64,000 nucleotides of DNA from Eledone cirrhosa (taxonomy: Eukaryota): positions 5,270,001 to 5,334,000 of the forward strand of contig OZ024744.1 in NCBI GenBank assembly GCA_964016885.1. The letters run 5' to 3'. The notes under the pieces are model-generated. The model did no database searches, had not been told where the DNA came from, and saw only the letters and a program-made list of their open reading frames with translations. Numbering within the stretch: the first letter of the stretch is position 1; every line of letters starts with the position of its first letter. This document shows positions 12,308 to 25,000 of the stretch, in pieces. Both the position numbers and the translations under genes were made by a program.

Positions 12308-13805
12308 GTTGGTAGCAGAGGTCTATCTTGGTAGATAGTGGTGTTGGTAGCAGAGGTCTATGTTGGTAGACAGTGAGGTTGGTAACATAGGTCTATCTTG
12401 GTAGACAGTGAGGTTGGTAGCAGAGGTCTATCTTGGTAGACAGTGAGGGTGGTAGCAGAGGTCTATCTTGGTAGACAGTGGTGTTGGTAGCAGAGGTCTA
12501 TGTTGGTAGACAGTGGTGTTTTTAGCAGAGGTTAATCTTGGTAGACAGTGGTGTTGGTAGCAGAGGTCTATCTTGGTAGACAGTGGTGTTGGTAGCAGAG
12601 GTCTATCTTGGTAGACAGTGGTGTTGGTAGCAGAGGTCTATCTTGGTAGACAGTGGTGTTGGTAGCAGAGGTCTATGTTGGTAGACAGTGAGGTTGGTAG
12701 CAGAGGTCTATGTTGGTAGACAGTGGTGTTGGTAGCAGAGGTCTATCTTGGTAGACAGTGGTGTTGGTAGAAGAGGTCTATGTTGGTAGACAGTGAGGTT
12801 GGTAGCAGAGGTCTATCTTGGTAGACAGTGAGGTTGGTAGCAGAGGTCTATCTTGGTAGACAGTGGTGGTGGTAGCAGAGGTCTATCTTGGTAGACAGTG
12901 GTGTTGGTAGCCGAGGTCTATCTTGGTAGACAATCAGGGTGGTAGCAGAGGTCTATGTTGGTAGACAGTGGTGTTGGTAGCAGAGGTCTATGTTGGTAGA
13001 CAGTGGTGTTGGTAGCAGAGGTCTATCTTGGTAGACAGTGGTGTTGGTAGCAGAGGTCTATCTTGGTAGATAGTGGTGTTGGTAGCAGAGGTCTATGTTG
13101 GTAGACAGTGAGGTTGGTAACATAGGTCTATCTTGGTAGACAGTGAGGTTGGTAGCAGAGGTCTATCTTGGTAGACAGTGAGGGTGGTAGCAGAGGTCTA
13201 TCTTGGTAGACAGTGGTGTTGGTAGCAGAGGTCTATGTTGGTAGACAGTGGTGTTTTTAGCAGAGGTTAATCTTGGTAGACAGTGGTGTTGGTAGCAGAG
13301 GTCTATCTTGGTAGACAGTGGTGTTGGTAGCAGAGGTCTATCTTGGTAGACAGTGGTGTTGGTAGCAGAGGTCTATCTTGGTAGACAGTGGTGTTGGTAG
13401 CAGAGGTCTATGTTGGTAGACAGTGAGGTTGGTAGCAGAGGTCTATGTTGGTAGACAGTGGTGTTGGTAGCAGAGGTCTATCTTGGTAGACAGTGGTGTT
13501 GGTAGAAGAGGTCTATGTTGGTAGACAGTGAGGTTGGTAGCAGAGGTCTATCTTGGTAGACAGTGAGGTTGGTAGCAGAGGTCTATCTTGGTAGACAGTG
13601 GTGGTGGTAGCAGAGGTCTATCTTGGTAGACAGTGGTGTTGGTAGCCGAGGTCTATCTTGGTAGACAATCAGGGTGGTAGCAGAGGTCTATGTTGGTAGA
13701 CAGTGGTGTTGGTAGCAGAGGTCTATGTTGGTAGACAGTGGTGTTGGTAGCAGAGGTCTATCTTGGTAGACAGTGGTGTTGGTAGCAGAGGTCTATCTTG
13801 GTAGA
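12308..13805. repeat. Tandem duplication, 735-bp period (21 monomers)
   Basis: GTAGATAGTG 12331/13066, TTTAGCAGAGGTTAATC 12521/13256, CCGAGG 12911/13646, CAATCAGGGT 12931/13666. Confidence 0.93.
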
Positions 13806-13980
13806 CAGTGGTGTTGGTAGCCGAGGTCTATCTTGGTAGACAATCAGGGTGGTAGCAGAGGTCTATGTTGGTAGACAGTGGTGTTGGTAGCAGAAGTCTA
13901 TGTTGGTAGACAGTGGTGTTGGTAGCAGAGGTCTATCTTGGTAGACAGTGGTGTTGGTAGCAGAGGTCTATCTTGGTAGA
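13610..13980. repeat. Tandem duplication, 175-bp period (5 monomers), overlapping the end of the 735-bp duplication
   Basis: CCGAGG 13646/13821; CAATCAGGGT 13666/13841. Confidence 0.85.
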
Positions 13981-14749
13981 CAGTGCTTTTGGTAGCAGAG
14001 GTCTATATTGGTAGACAGTGGTGTTGGTAGTAGAGGTATATCTTGGTAGACAGTGGTGTTGGTAGCAGATGTCTATCTTGGTAGACAGTGGTGTTGGTAG
14101 CAGAGGTCTATCTTGGTAGACAGTGGTGTTGGTAGCAGAGGTATATCTTGGTAGACAGTGAGGTTGGTAGCAGAGGTCTATCTTGGTAGACAGTGGTGTT
14201 GGTAGCAGAGGTCTATCTTAGTAGACAGTGGTGTTGGTAGCAGATGTCTATCTTGGTAGACAGTGAGGTTGGTAGTAGAGGTCTATGTTGGTAGACAGTG
14301 GTGTTGGTAGCAGAGGTCTATCTTGGTAGACAGTGGTGTTGGTAGCAGAGGTCTATCTTGGTAGACAGTGGTGTTGGTAGCAGAGGTCTATGTTGGTAGA
14401 CAGTGGTGGTGGTAGCAAGGTCTATCTTGGTAGACAGTGGTGTTGGTAGCAGAGGTCTATCTTGGTAGACAGTGTTGTTGGAAGCAGAGGTCTATCTTGG
14501 TAGACAGTGGTGTTGGTAGCAGACATCTATCTTGGTAGACAGTGGTGTTGGTAACAGATGTCTATCTTGGTAGACAGTGGTGTTGGTAGCAGACATCTAT
14601 CTTGGTAGGCAGTGGTGTTGGTAGCAGAGGTCTATCTTGGTAGACAGTGGTGTTGGTAGCAGAGGTCTATCTTGGTAGACAGTGGTGTTGGTAGCAGAGG
14701 TCTATCTTGGTAGACAGTGGTGTTGGAAGCAGAGGTCTATCTTGGTTGA

Positions 14750-15045
14750 CAGTGGTGTTGGTAGCAGAGGTCTATCTTGGTTGACAGTGGTATTGGTAGC
14801 AGAGGTCTATCTTAGTAGACAGTGGTGTTGGTAACAGAGGTCTATCTTGGTAGACAGTGGTGTTGGTAGCAGAGGTATATCTTGGTAGACAGTGGTGTTG
14901 GTAGCAGAGGTCTATCTTGGTTGACAGTGGTATTGGTAGCAGAGGTCTATCTTAGTAGACAGTGGTGTTGGTAACAGAGGTCTATCTTGGTAGACAGTGG
15001 TGTTGGTAGCAGAGGTATATCTTGGTAGACAGTGGTGTTGGTAGC
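14750..15045. repeat. Tandem duplication, 140-bp period (4 monomers)
   Basis: TTGACAGTGGTATTGG at 14781/14921, followed in both copies by CTTAGTAG, GTAACAG and AGGTATAT units. Confidence 0.9.
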
Positions 15046-16049
15046 AGAATCTATCTTGGTAGACAGTGGTGTTGGTCGCAGAGGTCTATCTTGGTAGACA
15101 GTGAGGTTGGTAGCAGAGGTCTATCTTGGTAGACAGTGGTGTTGGTAGCAGAAGTCTATCTTGGTAGACAGTGATGTTGGTAGAAGAGGTCTATGTTGGT
15201 AGAAAGTGAGGTTGGTAGCAGAGGTCTATCTTGGTAGACAGCGGTGTTGGTAGCAGAGGTTTATATTGGTAGACAGTGGTGTTGGTAGCAGAGGTTTATC
15301 TTGGTAGACATTGAGGTTGGTAGCAGAGGTCTATCTTGGTAGACAGTGGTGTTGGTAGCAGAGGTCTATGTTGGTAGACAGTGGTGTTGGTAGCAGAGGT
15401 CTATCTTGGTAGACAGTGGTGTTGGTAGCAGATGTCTATATTGGTAGACAGTGGTGTTGGTAGCAGAGGTCTATCTTGGTAGACAGTGAGGTTGGTAGCA
15501 GAGGTCTATCTTCGTAGACAGTGAGGTTGGTAGCAGAGGTCTATCTTGGTAGACAGTGGTGTTGGTAGCAGAGGTCTATGTTGGTAGACAGTGAGGTTGG
15601 TAGCAGAGGTCTATCTTGGTAGACAGTGAAGTTGGTAGCAGAGGTCTATCTTGGTAGACAGTGAGGGTGGTAGCAGAGGTCTATCTTGGTAGACAGTGGT
15701 GTTCGTAGCAGAGGTCTATCTTGGTAGACAGTGGTGTTGGTAGCAGAGGTCTATCTTGGTAGACAGTGAGGTTGGCAGCAGAGGTCTATCTTGGTAGACA
15801 GTGGTGTTGGTAGCAGAGGTCTATCTTGGTAGACAGTGGGGTGGGTAGCAGAGGTCTATCTTGGTAGACAGTGATGTTGGTAGCAGAGGTCTATCTTGGT
15901 AGACAGTGGTGTTGGTAGCAGAGGTCTATGTTGGTAGACAGTGGTGTTGGTAGCAGAGGTTAATCTTGGTAGACAGTGGTGTTGGTAGCAGAGGTCTATC
16001 TTGGTAGACAGTGGTGTTGGTAGCATAGATCCATCTTGGTAGACAGTAG

Positions 16050-19000
16050 TGTTGGTAGCAGAGGTCTATGTTGGTAGACAGTGGTGTTTGTAGCAGAGGT
16101 CTATGTTGGTAGACAGTGGTGTTGGAAGCAGAGGTCTATCTTAGTAGACAGTGGTGTGGTACATAGGTCTATGTTGGTAGACAGTGAGGTTGGTAGCAGA
16201 GGTCTATATTGGTAGACAGTGAGGTTGGTAGCAGAGGTCTATCTTGGTAGACAGTGAGGTTGGTAGCAGAGCTCTATCTTGGTAGAAAGTGGTGTTGGTA
16301 GCAGAGGTCTATGTTGGTAGACAGTGGTGTTGGTAGCAGAGGTTTGTCTTGGTAGACAGTGGTGTTGGTAGCAGAGGTCTATGTTGGTAGACAGTGGTGT
16401 TGGTAGCAGAGGTATATCTTGGTAGGCAGTGGTGTTGGTAGCAGAGCTCTATCTTGGTAGACAGTGGTGTTGGTAGCAGAGGTCTTTCTTGGTAGACAGT
16501 GGTGTTGCTAGCAGAGGTCTATGTTGGTAGAAAGTGAGGTTGGTAGCTGAGATCTATGTTGGTAGACAGTGGTGTTGGTAGCAGAAGTCTATCTTGGTAG
16601 ACAGTGAGGTTGGTAGCAGAGGTCTATCTTGGTAGACAGTGGTGTTGGTAGCAGAGGTCTATCTTGGTAGACAGTGGTGTTGGTAGCAGAAGTCTATCTT
16701 GGTAGACAGTGGTGTTGGTAGCAGAGGTCTATCTTGGTAGACAGTGGTGTTGCTAGCAGAGGTCTATCTTGGTAGACAGTGGTGTTGCTAGCAAAGGTCT
16801 ATGTTGGTAGACAGTGAGGTTGGTAGCAGAGGTCTATCTTGGTAGACAGTGAGGGTGGTTGCAGAGGTCTATCTTGGTAGACAGTGGTGTTGGTAGCAGA
16901 GGTCTATCTTGGTAGACAGTGAGGTTGGTATCAGAGGTCTATCTTGGTAGACAGTGAGGTTGGTAGCAGAGGTCTATGTTGGTAGACAGTGGTGTTGGTA
17001 GCATAGGTCTATCTTGGTAGACAGTGGTGTTGGTAGCAGAGGTCTATGTTGGTAGACAGTGGTGTTGGTAGTAGAGGTCTATCTTGGTAGACAGTGGTGT
17101 TGGTAGCAGATGTCTATCTTGGTAGACAGTGGTGTTGGTAGCAGAGGTCTATCTTGGTAGACAGTGGTGTTGGTAGCAGATATCTATCTTGGTAGACAGT
17201 GGTGTTGGTAGCAGAGGTCTATGTTGGTAGACAGTGGTGTTGGTAGCAGAGGTCTATCTTGGTAGTCAGTGGTGTTGGTAGCAGAGGTCTATCTTGGTAG
17301 ACAGTGGTGTTGGTAGCAGAGGTCTATGTTGGTAGACAGTGAGGTTGGTAGCAGAGGTCTATCTTGGTAGACAGTGGTGTTGGTAGAAGAGGTCTATCTT
17401 GGTAGACAGTGAGGTTGGTAGCAGATGTCTATCTTGGTAGACAGTGGTGTTGGTAGCAGAGATCTATCTTGGTAGACAGTGAGGTTGGTAGCAGAGGTCT
17501 ATCTTGGTAGACAGTGGTGTTGGTAGCAGAGGTCTATCTTGGTAGACAGTGGTGTTGGTAGCAGAGGTCTATGTTGGTAGACAGTGGTGTTGATAGCAGA
17601 GGTTAATCTTGGTAGACAGTGGTGTTGGTAGCAGAGGTCTATCTTGGTAGACAGTGGTGTTGGTAGCAGAGGTCTATCTTGGTAGACAGTGGTGTTGGTA
17701 GCAGAGGTCTATGTTGGTAGACAGTGGTGTTTGTAGCAGAGGACTATGTTGGTAGACAGTGGTGTTGGTAGCAGAGGTCTATCTTGGTAGACATTGAGGT
17801 TGGTAGCAGAGGTCTATCTTGGTAGACAGTGGTGTTGGTAGCAGAGATCTATGTTGGTAGACAGTGGTGTTGGTAGCAGAGGTCTATCTTAGTAGACAGT
17901 GGTGTTGGTAGCAGAGGTCTATCTTGGTAGACAGTGAAGTTGGTAGCAGAGGTCTATCTTGGTAGACAGTGAGGTTGGTAGCAGAGGTCTATCTTGGTAG
18001 ACAGTGGTGTTGGTAGCAGAGGTCTATCTTGGTAGACAGTGAGGTTGGTAACAGAGGTCTATCTTGGTAGACAGTGGTGTTGTAGCAGAGGTCTATCTCG
18101 GTAGACAGTGAGGTTGGTAGCAGAGGTCTATGCTGGTAGACAGTGGTGTTGGTAGCAGAGGTCTATCTTGGTAGACAGTGGTGTTGGTAGCAGAGGTCTA
18201 TCTTGGTAGACAGTGGTGTTGGTAGCAGAGGTCTATGTTGGTAGACAGTGAGGTTGCTAGCAGAGGTCTATCTTGGTAGACAGTGGTGTTGGTAGCAGAG
18301 GTCTTTCTTGGTAGACAGTGAGGTTGGTATCAGAGGTCTATCTTGGTAGACAGTGGTGTTGGTAGCAGAGGTCTATGTTGGTAGACAGTGGTGTTGGTAG
18401 CAGAGGTCTATCTTGGTAGATAGTGAGGTTGGTAGTAGAGGTCTATGTTGGTAGACATTGGTGTTGGTAGCAGAGTTCTATCTTGGTAGACAGTGGTGTT
18501 GGTAGCAGAGGTCTATGTTGGTAGACAGTGGTGTTGGTAATAGAGGTCTATCTTGGTAGACAGTGGTGTTGGTAGCAGATGTCTATCTTGGTAGACAGTG
18601 GTGTTGGTAGCAGAGGTCTATCTTGGTAGACAGTGGTGTTGGTAGCAGAGGTCGATCTTGGTAGACAGTGGTGTTGGTAGCAGAGGTCTATCTTGGTAGA
18701 CAGTGGTGTTGGTAGCAGATGTCTATCTTGGTAGACAGTGGTGTTGGTAGCAGAGATCTATCTTGGTAGACAGTGGTGTTGGTAGCAGAGGTCGATCTTG
18801 GTAGACAGTGGTGTTGGTAGCAGAGGTCGATCTTGGTAGACAGTGGTGTTGGTAGCAGAGGTCTATCTTGGTAGACAGTGGTGTTGGTAGCAGAGGTCTA
18901 TGTTGGTAGACAGTGGTGTTGGTAGCAGAGGTATATCTTGGTAGGCAGTGGTGTTGGTAGCAGAGCTCTATCTTGGTAGACAGTGGTGTTGGTAGCAGAG

Positions 19001-22000
19001 GTCTATCTTGGTAGACAGTGGTGTTGGTAGCAGAGGTCTTTCTTGGTAGACAGTGGTGTTGGTAGCAGAGGTCTATGTTGGTAGAAAGTGAGGTTGGTAG
19101 CAGAGGTCTATCTTGGTAGAAAGTGGTGTTGGTAGGAGAGGTCTATCTTGGTAGACAGTGGTGTTGGTAGCAGAGGTCTATCTTGGTAGACAGTGGTGTT
19201 GGTAGCAGAGGTCTATATTGGTAGACAGTGGTGTTGGTAGCAGATGTCTATCTTGGTAGACAGTGGTGTTGGTAGCAGAGGTCTATCTTGGTAGACAGTG
19301 GTGGTGGTAGCAGAGGTCTATCTTGTTAGACAGTGTTGTTGGTAGCAGAGGTCTATCTTAGTAGACAGTGGTGTTGGTAGCAGAGGTCTATCCTGGTAGA
19401 CAGTGGTGTTGGTAGCAGAGGTCTATCTTGGTAGACAGTAGTGTTGGTAGCAGAGGTCTATCTTGGTAGACAGTGGTGTTGGTAGCTGAGGTCTAACTTG
19501 GTAGACAGTGGTGTTGGTAGCAGAGGTCTATCTTAGTAGACAGTGGTGTTGGTAGCAGAGGTCTACCTTGGTAGACAGTGGTGTCGGTAGCAGAGCTCTA
19601 TCCTGGTAGACAGTGGTGTTGGTAGCAGAGGTCTATCTTGGTAGACAGTGAGGTTGGTAGCAGAGGTCTATGTTGGTAGACAGTGGTGTCGGTAGCAGAG
19701 CTCTATCTTGGTAGACAGTGGTGTTGGTAGCAGAAGTCTATCTTGGTAGACAGTGAGGTTGGGAGCAGAGGTCTATGTTGGTAGACAGTGGTGTTGGTAG
19801 CAGAGGTCTATCTTGGTAGACAGTGGTGTTGGTAGGAGAGGTTTATCTTGGTAGACAGTGGTGTTGGTAGCAGAGGTCTATGTTGGTAGACAGTGGTGTT
19901 GGTAGCAGAGGTATATCTTGGTAGGCAGTGGTGTTGGTAGCAGAGCTCTATCTTGGTAGACAGTGGTGTTGGTAGCAGAGGTCTATCTTGGTAGACAGTG
20001 GTGTTGGTAGCAGAGGTCTATGTTAGTAGAAAGTGAGGTTGGTAGCAGAGGTCTATCTTGGTAGACAGTGAGGGTGGTAGCAGAGGTCTATCTTGGTAAA
20101 CAGAGGTGTTGGTAGCAGAGGTCTATCTTGGTAGACAGTGAGGTTGGTATCAGAGGTCTATCTTGGTAGACAGTGAGGTTGGTAGCAGAGGTCTATGTTG
20201 GTAGACAGTGGTGTTGGTAGCATAGGTCTATCTTGGTAGACAGTGGTGTTGGTAGCAGAGGTCTATGTTGGTAGACAGTGGTGTTGGTAGTAGAGGTCTA
20301 TCTTGGTAGACAGTGGTGTTGGTAGCAGATGTCTATCTTGGTAGACAGTGGTGTTGGTAGCAGAGGTCTATCTTGGTAGACAGTGGTGTTGGTAGCAAAT
20401 ATCTATCTTGGTAGACAGTGGTGTTGGTAGCAGAGGTCTATGTTGGTAGACAGTGGTATTGGTAGCAGAGGTCTATCTTGGTAGACAGTGGTGTTGGTAG
20501 CAGAGGTCTATCTTGGTAGACAGTGGTGTTGGTAGCAGAGGTCTATCTTGGTAGACAGTGGTGTTGGTAGCAGAGGTCTATCTTGGTAGACAGTGGTGTT
20601 GGTAGCAGAGGTCTATGTTGGTAGACAGTGAGGTTGGTAGCAGAGGTCTATGTTGGTAGACAGTGGTGTTGGTAGCAGAAGTCTATCTTGGTAGACAGTG
20701 GTGTTGGTAGAAGAGGTCTATGTTGGTAGACAGTGAGGTTGGTAGCAGAGGTCTATCTTGGTAGACAGTGAAGTTGGTAGCAGAGGTCTATCTTGGTAGA
20801 CAGTGAGGGTGGTAGCAGTGGTCTATCTTGGTAGACAGTGGTGTTCGTAGCAGAGGTCTATCTTGGTAGACAGTGGTGTTGGTAGCAGAGATCTAACTTG
20901 GTAGACAGTGAGGTTGGTAGCAGAGGTCTATCTTGGTAGACAGTGGTGTTGGTAGCAGAGGTCTATCTTGGTAGACAGTGGGGTGGGTAGCAGAGGTCTA
21001 TGTTGGTAGACAGTGGTGTTGGTAGCAGAGGTCTATGTTGGTAGACAGTGGTGTTGGTACCAGAGGTCTATGTTGGTAGACAGTGGTGTTGGTAGCAGAG
21101 GTTAATCTTGGTAGACAGTGGTGTTGGTAGCAGAGATCTATCTTGGTAGACAGTAGTGTTGGTAGCAGAGGTCTATGTTGGTAGACAGTGGTGTTTGTAG
21201 CAGAGGTCTATGTTGGTAGACAGTGGTGTTGGAAGCAGAGGTCTATCTTAGTAGACAGTGGTGTTGGTACTGAGGTCTATGTTGGTAGACAGTGAGGTTG
21301 GTAGCAGAGGTCTATATTGGTAGACAGTGAGGTTGGTAGCAGAGGTATATCTTGGTAGACAGTGAGGTTGGTAGCAGAGCTCTATCTTGGTAGACAGTGG
21401 TGTTGGTAGCAGAGGTCTATCTTGGTAGACAGTGGTGTTGGTAGCAGAGGTCTATCTTGGTAGACAGTGGTGTTGGTAGCAGAGGTCTATGTTGGTAGAC
21501 AGTGGTGTTGGTAGCAGAGGTATATCTTGGTAGGCAGTGGTGTTGGTAGCAGAGCTCTATCTTGGTAGACAGTGGTGTTGGTAGCAGAGGTCTTTCTTGG
21601 TAGACAGTGGTGTTGCTAGCAGAGGTCTATGTTGGTAGAAAGTGAGGTTGGTAGCTGAGATCTATGTTGGTAGACAGTGGTTTTGGTAGCAGAAGTCTAT
21701 CTTGGTAGACAGTGAGGTTGGTAGCAGAGGTCTATCTTGGTAGACAGTGGTGTTGGTAGCAGAGGTCTATCTCGGTAGACAGTGGTGTTGGTAGCAGAGG
21801 TCTATCTTGGTAGACAGTGGTGTTGGTAGCAGAAGTCTATCTTGGTAGACAGTGGTGTTGGTAGCAGAGGTCTATCTTGGTAGACAGTGGTGTTGCTAGC
21901 AGAGGTCTATCTTGGTAGACAGTGGTGTTGCTAGCAAAGGTCTATGTCGGTAGACAGTGAGGTTGGTAGCAGAGGTCTATCTTGGTAGACAGTGAGGGTG

Positions 22001-25000
22001 GTTGCAGAGGTCTATCTTGGTAGACAGTGGTGTTGGTAGCAGAGGTCTAGCTTGGTAGACAGTGAGGTTGGTATCAGAGGTCTATCTTGGTAGACAGTGA
22101 GGTTGGTAGCAGAGGTCTATGTTGGTAGACAGTGGTGTTGGTAGCATAGGTCTATCTTGGTAGACAGTGGTGTTGGTAGCAGAGGTCTATGTTGGTAGAC
22201 AGTGGTGTTGGTAGTAGAGGTCTATCTTGGTAGACAGTGGTGTTGGTAGCAGATGTCTATCTTGGTAGACAGTGGTGTTGGTAGCAGAGGTCTATCTTGG
22301 TAGACAGTGGTGTTGGTAGCAGATATCTATCTTGGTAGACAGTGGTGTTGGTAGCAGAGGTCTATGTTGGTAGACAGTGGTGTTGGTAGCAGAGGTCTAT
22401 CTTGGTAGTCAGTGGTGTTGGTAGCAGAGGTCTATCTTGGTAGACAGTGGTGTTGGTAGCAGAGGTCTATGTTGGTAGACAGTGAGGTTGGTAGCAGAGG
22501 TCTATCTTGGTAGACAGTGGTGTTGGTAGCAGAGGTCTATGTTGGTAGACAGTGGTGTTGGTAGCAGAGGTCTATCTTGGTAGATAGTGAGGTTGGTAGT
22601 AGAGGTCTATGTTGGTAGACATTGGTGTTGGTAGCAGAGTTCTATCTTGGTAGACAGTGGTGTTGGTAGCAGAGGTCTATGTTGGTAGACAGTGGTGTTG
22701 GTAATAGAGGTCTATCTTGGTAGACAGTGGTGTTGGTAGCAGATGTCTATCTTGGTAGACAGTGGTGTTGGTACCAGAGGTCTATCTTGGTAGACAGTGG
22801 TGTTGGTAGGAGAGGTCTATCTTGGTAGACAGTGGTGTTGGTAGCAGAGGTCTATCTTGGTAGAAAGTGGTGTTGGTAGGAGAGGTCTATCTTGGTAGAC
22901 AGTGGTGTTGGTAGCAGAGGTCTATCTTGGTAGACAGTGGTGTTGGTAGCAGAGGTCTATATTGGTAGACAGTGGTGTTGGTAGCAGATGTCTATCTTGG
23001 TAGACAGTGGTGTTGGTAGCAGAGGTCTATCTTGGTAGACAGTGGTGGTGGTAGCAGAGGTCTATCTTGTTAGACAGTGTTGTTGGTAGCAGAGGTCTAT
23101 CTTAGTAGACAGTGGGGTTGGTAGCAGAGGTCTATCCTGGTAGACAGTGGTGTTGGTAGCAGAGGTCTATCTTGGTAGACAGTAGTGTTGGTAGCAGAGG
23201 TCTATCTTGGTAGACAGTGGTGTTGGTAGCTGAGGTCTAACTTGGTAGACAGTGGTGTTGGTAGCAGAGGTCTATCTTAGTAGACAGTGGTTTGGTAGCA
23301 GAGGTCTACCTTGGTAGACAGTGGTGTCGGTAGCAGAGCTCTATCCTGGTAGACAGTGGTGTTGGTAGCAGAGGTCTATCTTGGTAGACAGTGAGGTTGG
23401 TAGCAGAGGTCTATGTTGGTAGACAGTGGTGTCGGTAGCAGAGCTCTATCTTGGTAGACAGTGGTGTTGGTAGCAGAAGTCTATCATGGTAGACAGTGAG
23501 GTTGGGAGCAGAGGTCTATGTTGGTAGACAGTGGTGTTGGTAGCAGAGGTCTATCTTGGTAGACAGTGGTGTTGGTAGCAGAGGTTTATCTTGGTAGACA
23601 GTGGTGTTGGTAGCAGAGGTCTATGTTGGTAGACAGTGGTGTTGGTAGCAGAGGTATATCTTGGTAGGCAGTGGTGTTGGTAGCAGAGCTCTATCTTGGT
23701 AGACAGTGGTGTTGGTAGCAGAGGTCTATCTTGGTAGACAGTGGTGTTGGTAGCAGAGGTCTTTCTTGGTAGACAGTGGTGTTGGTAGCAGAGGTCTATG
23801 TTGGTAGAAAGTGAGGTTGGTAGCAGAGGTCTATCTTGGTAGACAATGAGGTTGGTAGCAGAGGTCTATGTTGGTAGACAGTGGTGTTGGTAGCATAGGT
23901 CTATCTTGGTAGACAGTGGTGTTGGTAGCAGAGGTCTATGTTGGTAGACAGTGGTGTTGGTAGTAGAGGTCTATGTTGGTAGACAGTGGTGTTGGTAGCA
24001 AAGGTCTATCTTGGTAGACAGTGGTGTTGGTAGCAGAGGTTTATCTTGGTAGACAGTGGTGTTGGTAGCAGAGGTCTATGTTGGTAGACAGTGGTGTTGG
24101 TAGCAGAGGTATATCTTGGTAGGCAGTGGTGTTGGTAGCAGAGCTCTATCTTGGTAGACAGTGGTGTTGGTAGCAGAGGTCTATCTTGGTAGACAGTGGT
24201 GTTGGTAGCAGAGGTCTTTCTTGGTAGACAGTGGTGTTGGTAGCAGAGGTCTATGTTGGTAGAAAGTGAGGTTGGTAGCAGAGGTCTATCTTGGTAGACA
24301 ATGAGGTTGGTAGCAGAGGTCTATGTTGGTAGACAGTGGTGTTGGTAGCATAGGTCTATCTTGGTAGACAGTGGTGTTGGTAGCAGAGGTCTATGTTGGT
24401 AGACAGTGGTGTTGGTAGCAGAGGTTAATCTTGGTAGACAGTGGTGTTGGTAGCAGAGGTCTATGTTGGTAGACAGTGGTGTTGATAGCAGAGGTTAATC
24501 TTGGTAGACAGTGGTGTTGGTAGCAGAGGTCTATCTTGGTAGACAGTGGTGTTGGTAGAAGAGGTCTATCTTGGTAGACAGTGGTGTTGGTAGCAGAGAT
24601 CTATGTTGGTAGACAGTGGTGTTGGTAGCAGAGGTCTATCTTAGTAGACAGTGGTGTTGGTAGCAGAGGTCTATCTTGGTAGACAGTGAAGTTGGTAGCA
24701 GAGGTCTATCTTGGTAGACAGTGAGGTTGGTAGCAGAGGTCTATCTTGGTAGACAGTGGTGTTGGTAGCAGAGGTCTATCTTGGTAGACAGTGAGGTTGG
24801 TAACAGTGGTCTATCTTGGTAGATAGTGGTGTTGTAGCAGAGGTCTATCTCGGTAGACAGTGAAGTTGGTAGCAGAGGTCTATGCTGGTAGACAGTGGTG
24901 TTGGTAGCAGAGGTCTATCTTGGTAGACAGTGGTGTTGGTAGCAGAGGTCTATCTTGGTAGACAGTGCTGTTGGTAGCAGAGGTCTATGTTGGTAGACAG

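Larger units (their letters stand above)
11500..14900. repeat. Older, diverged duplication at 2,939-bp offset (84 monomers minus 1 bp); best-matching parts ~11500-11960 and ~14440-14900
   Basis: The same ordered variants recur at +2,939: CAGTGTTGTT 11531/14470, CAGACATCTA 11581/14520, GTGTTGGAAG 11781/14720, TATTGG 11852/14791, GGTAACAGAG 11891/14830. Each copy also has several private differences. Confidence 0.75.
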
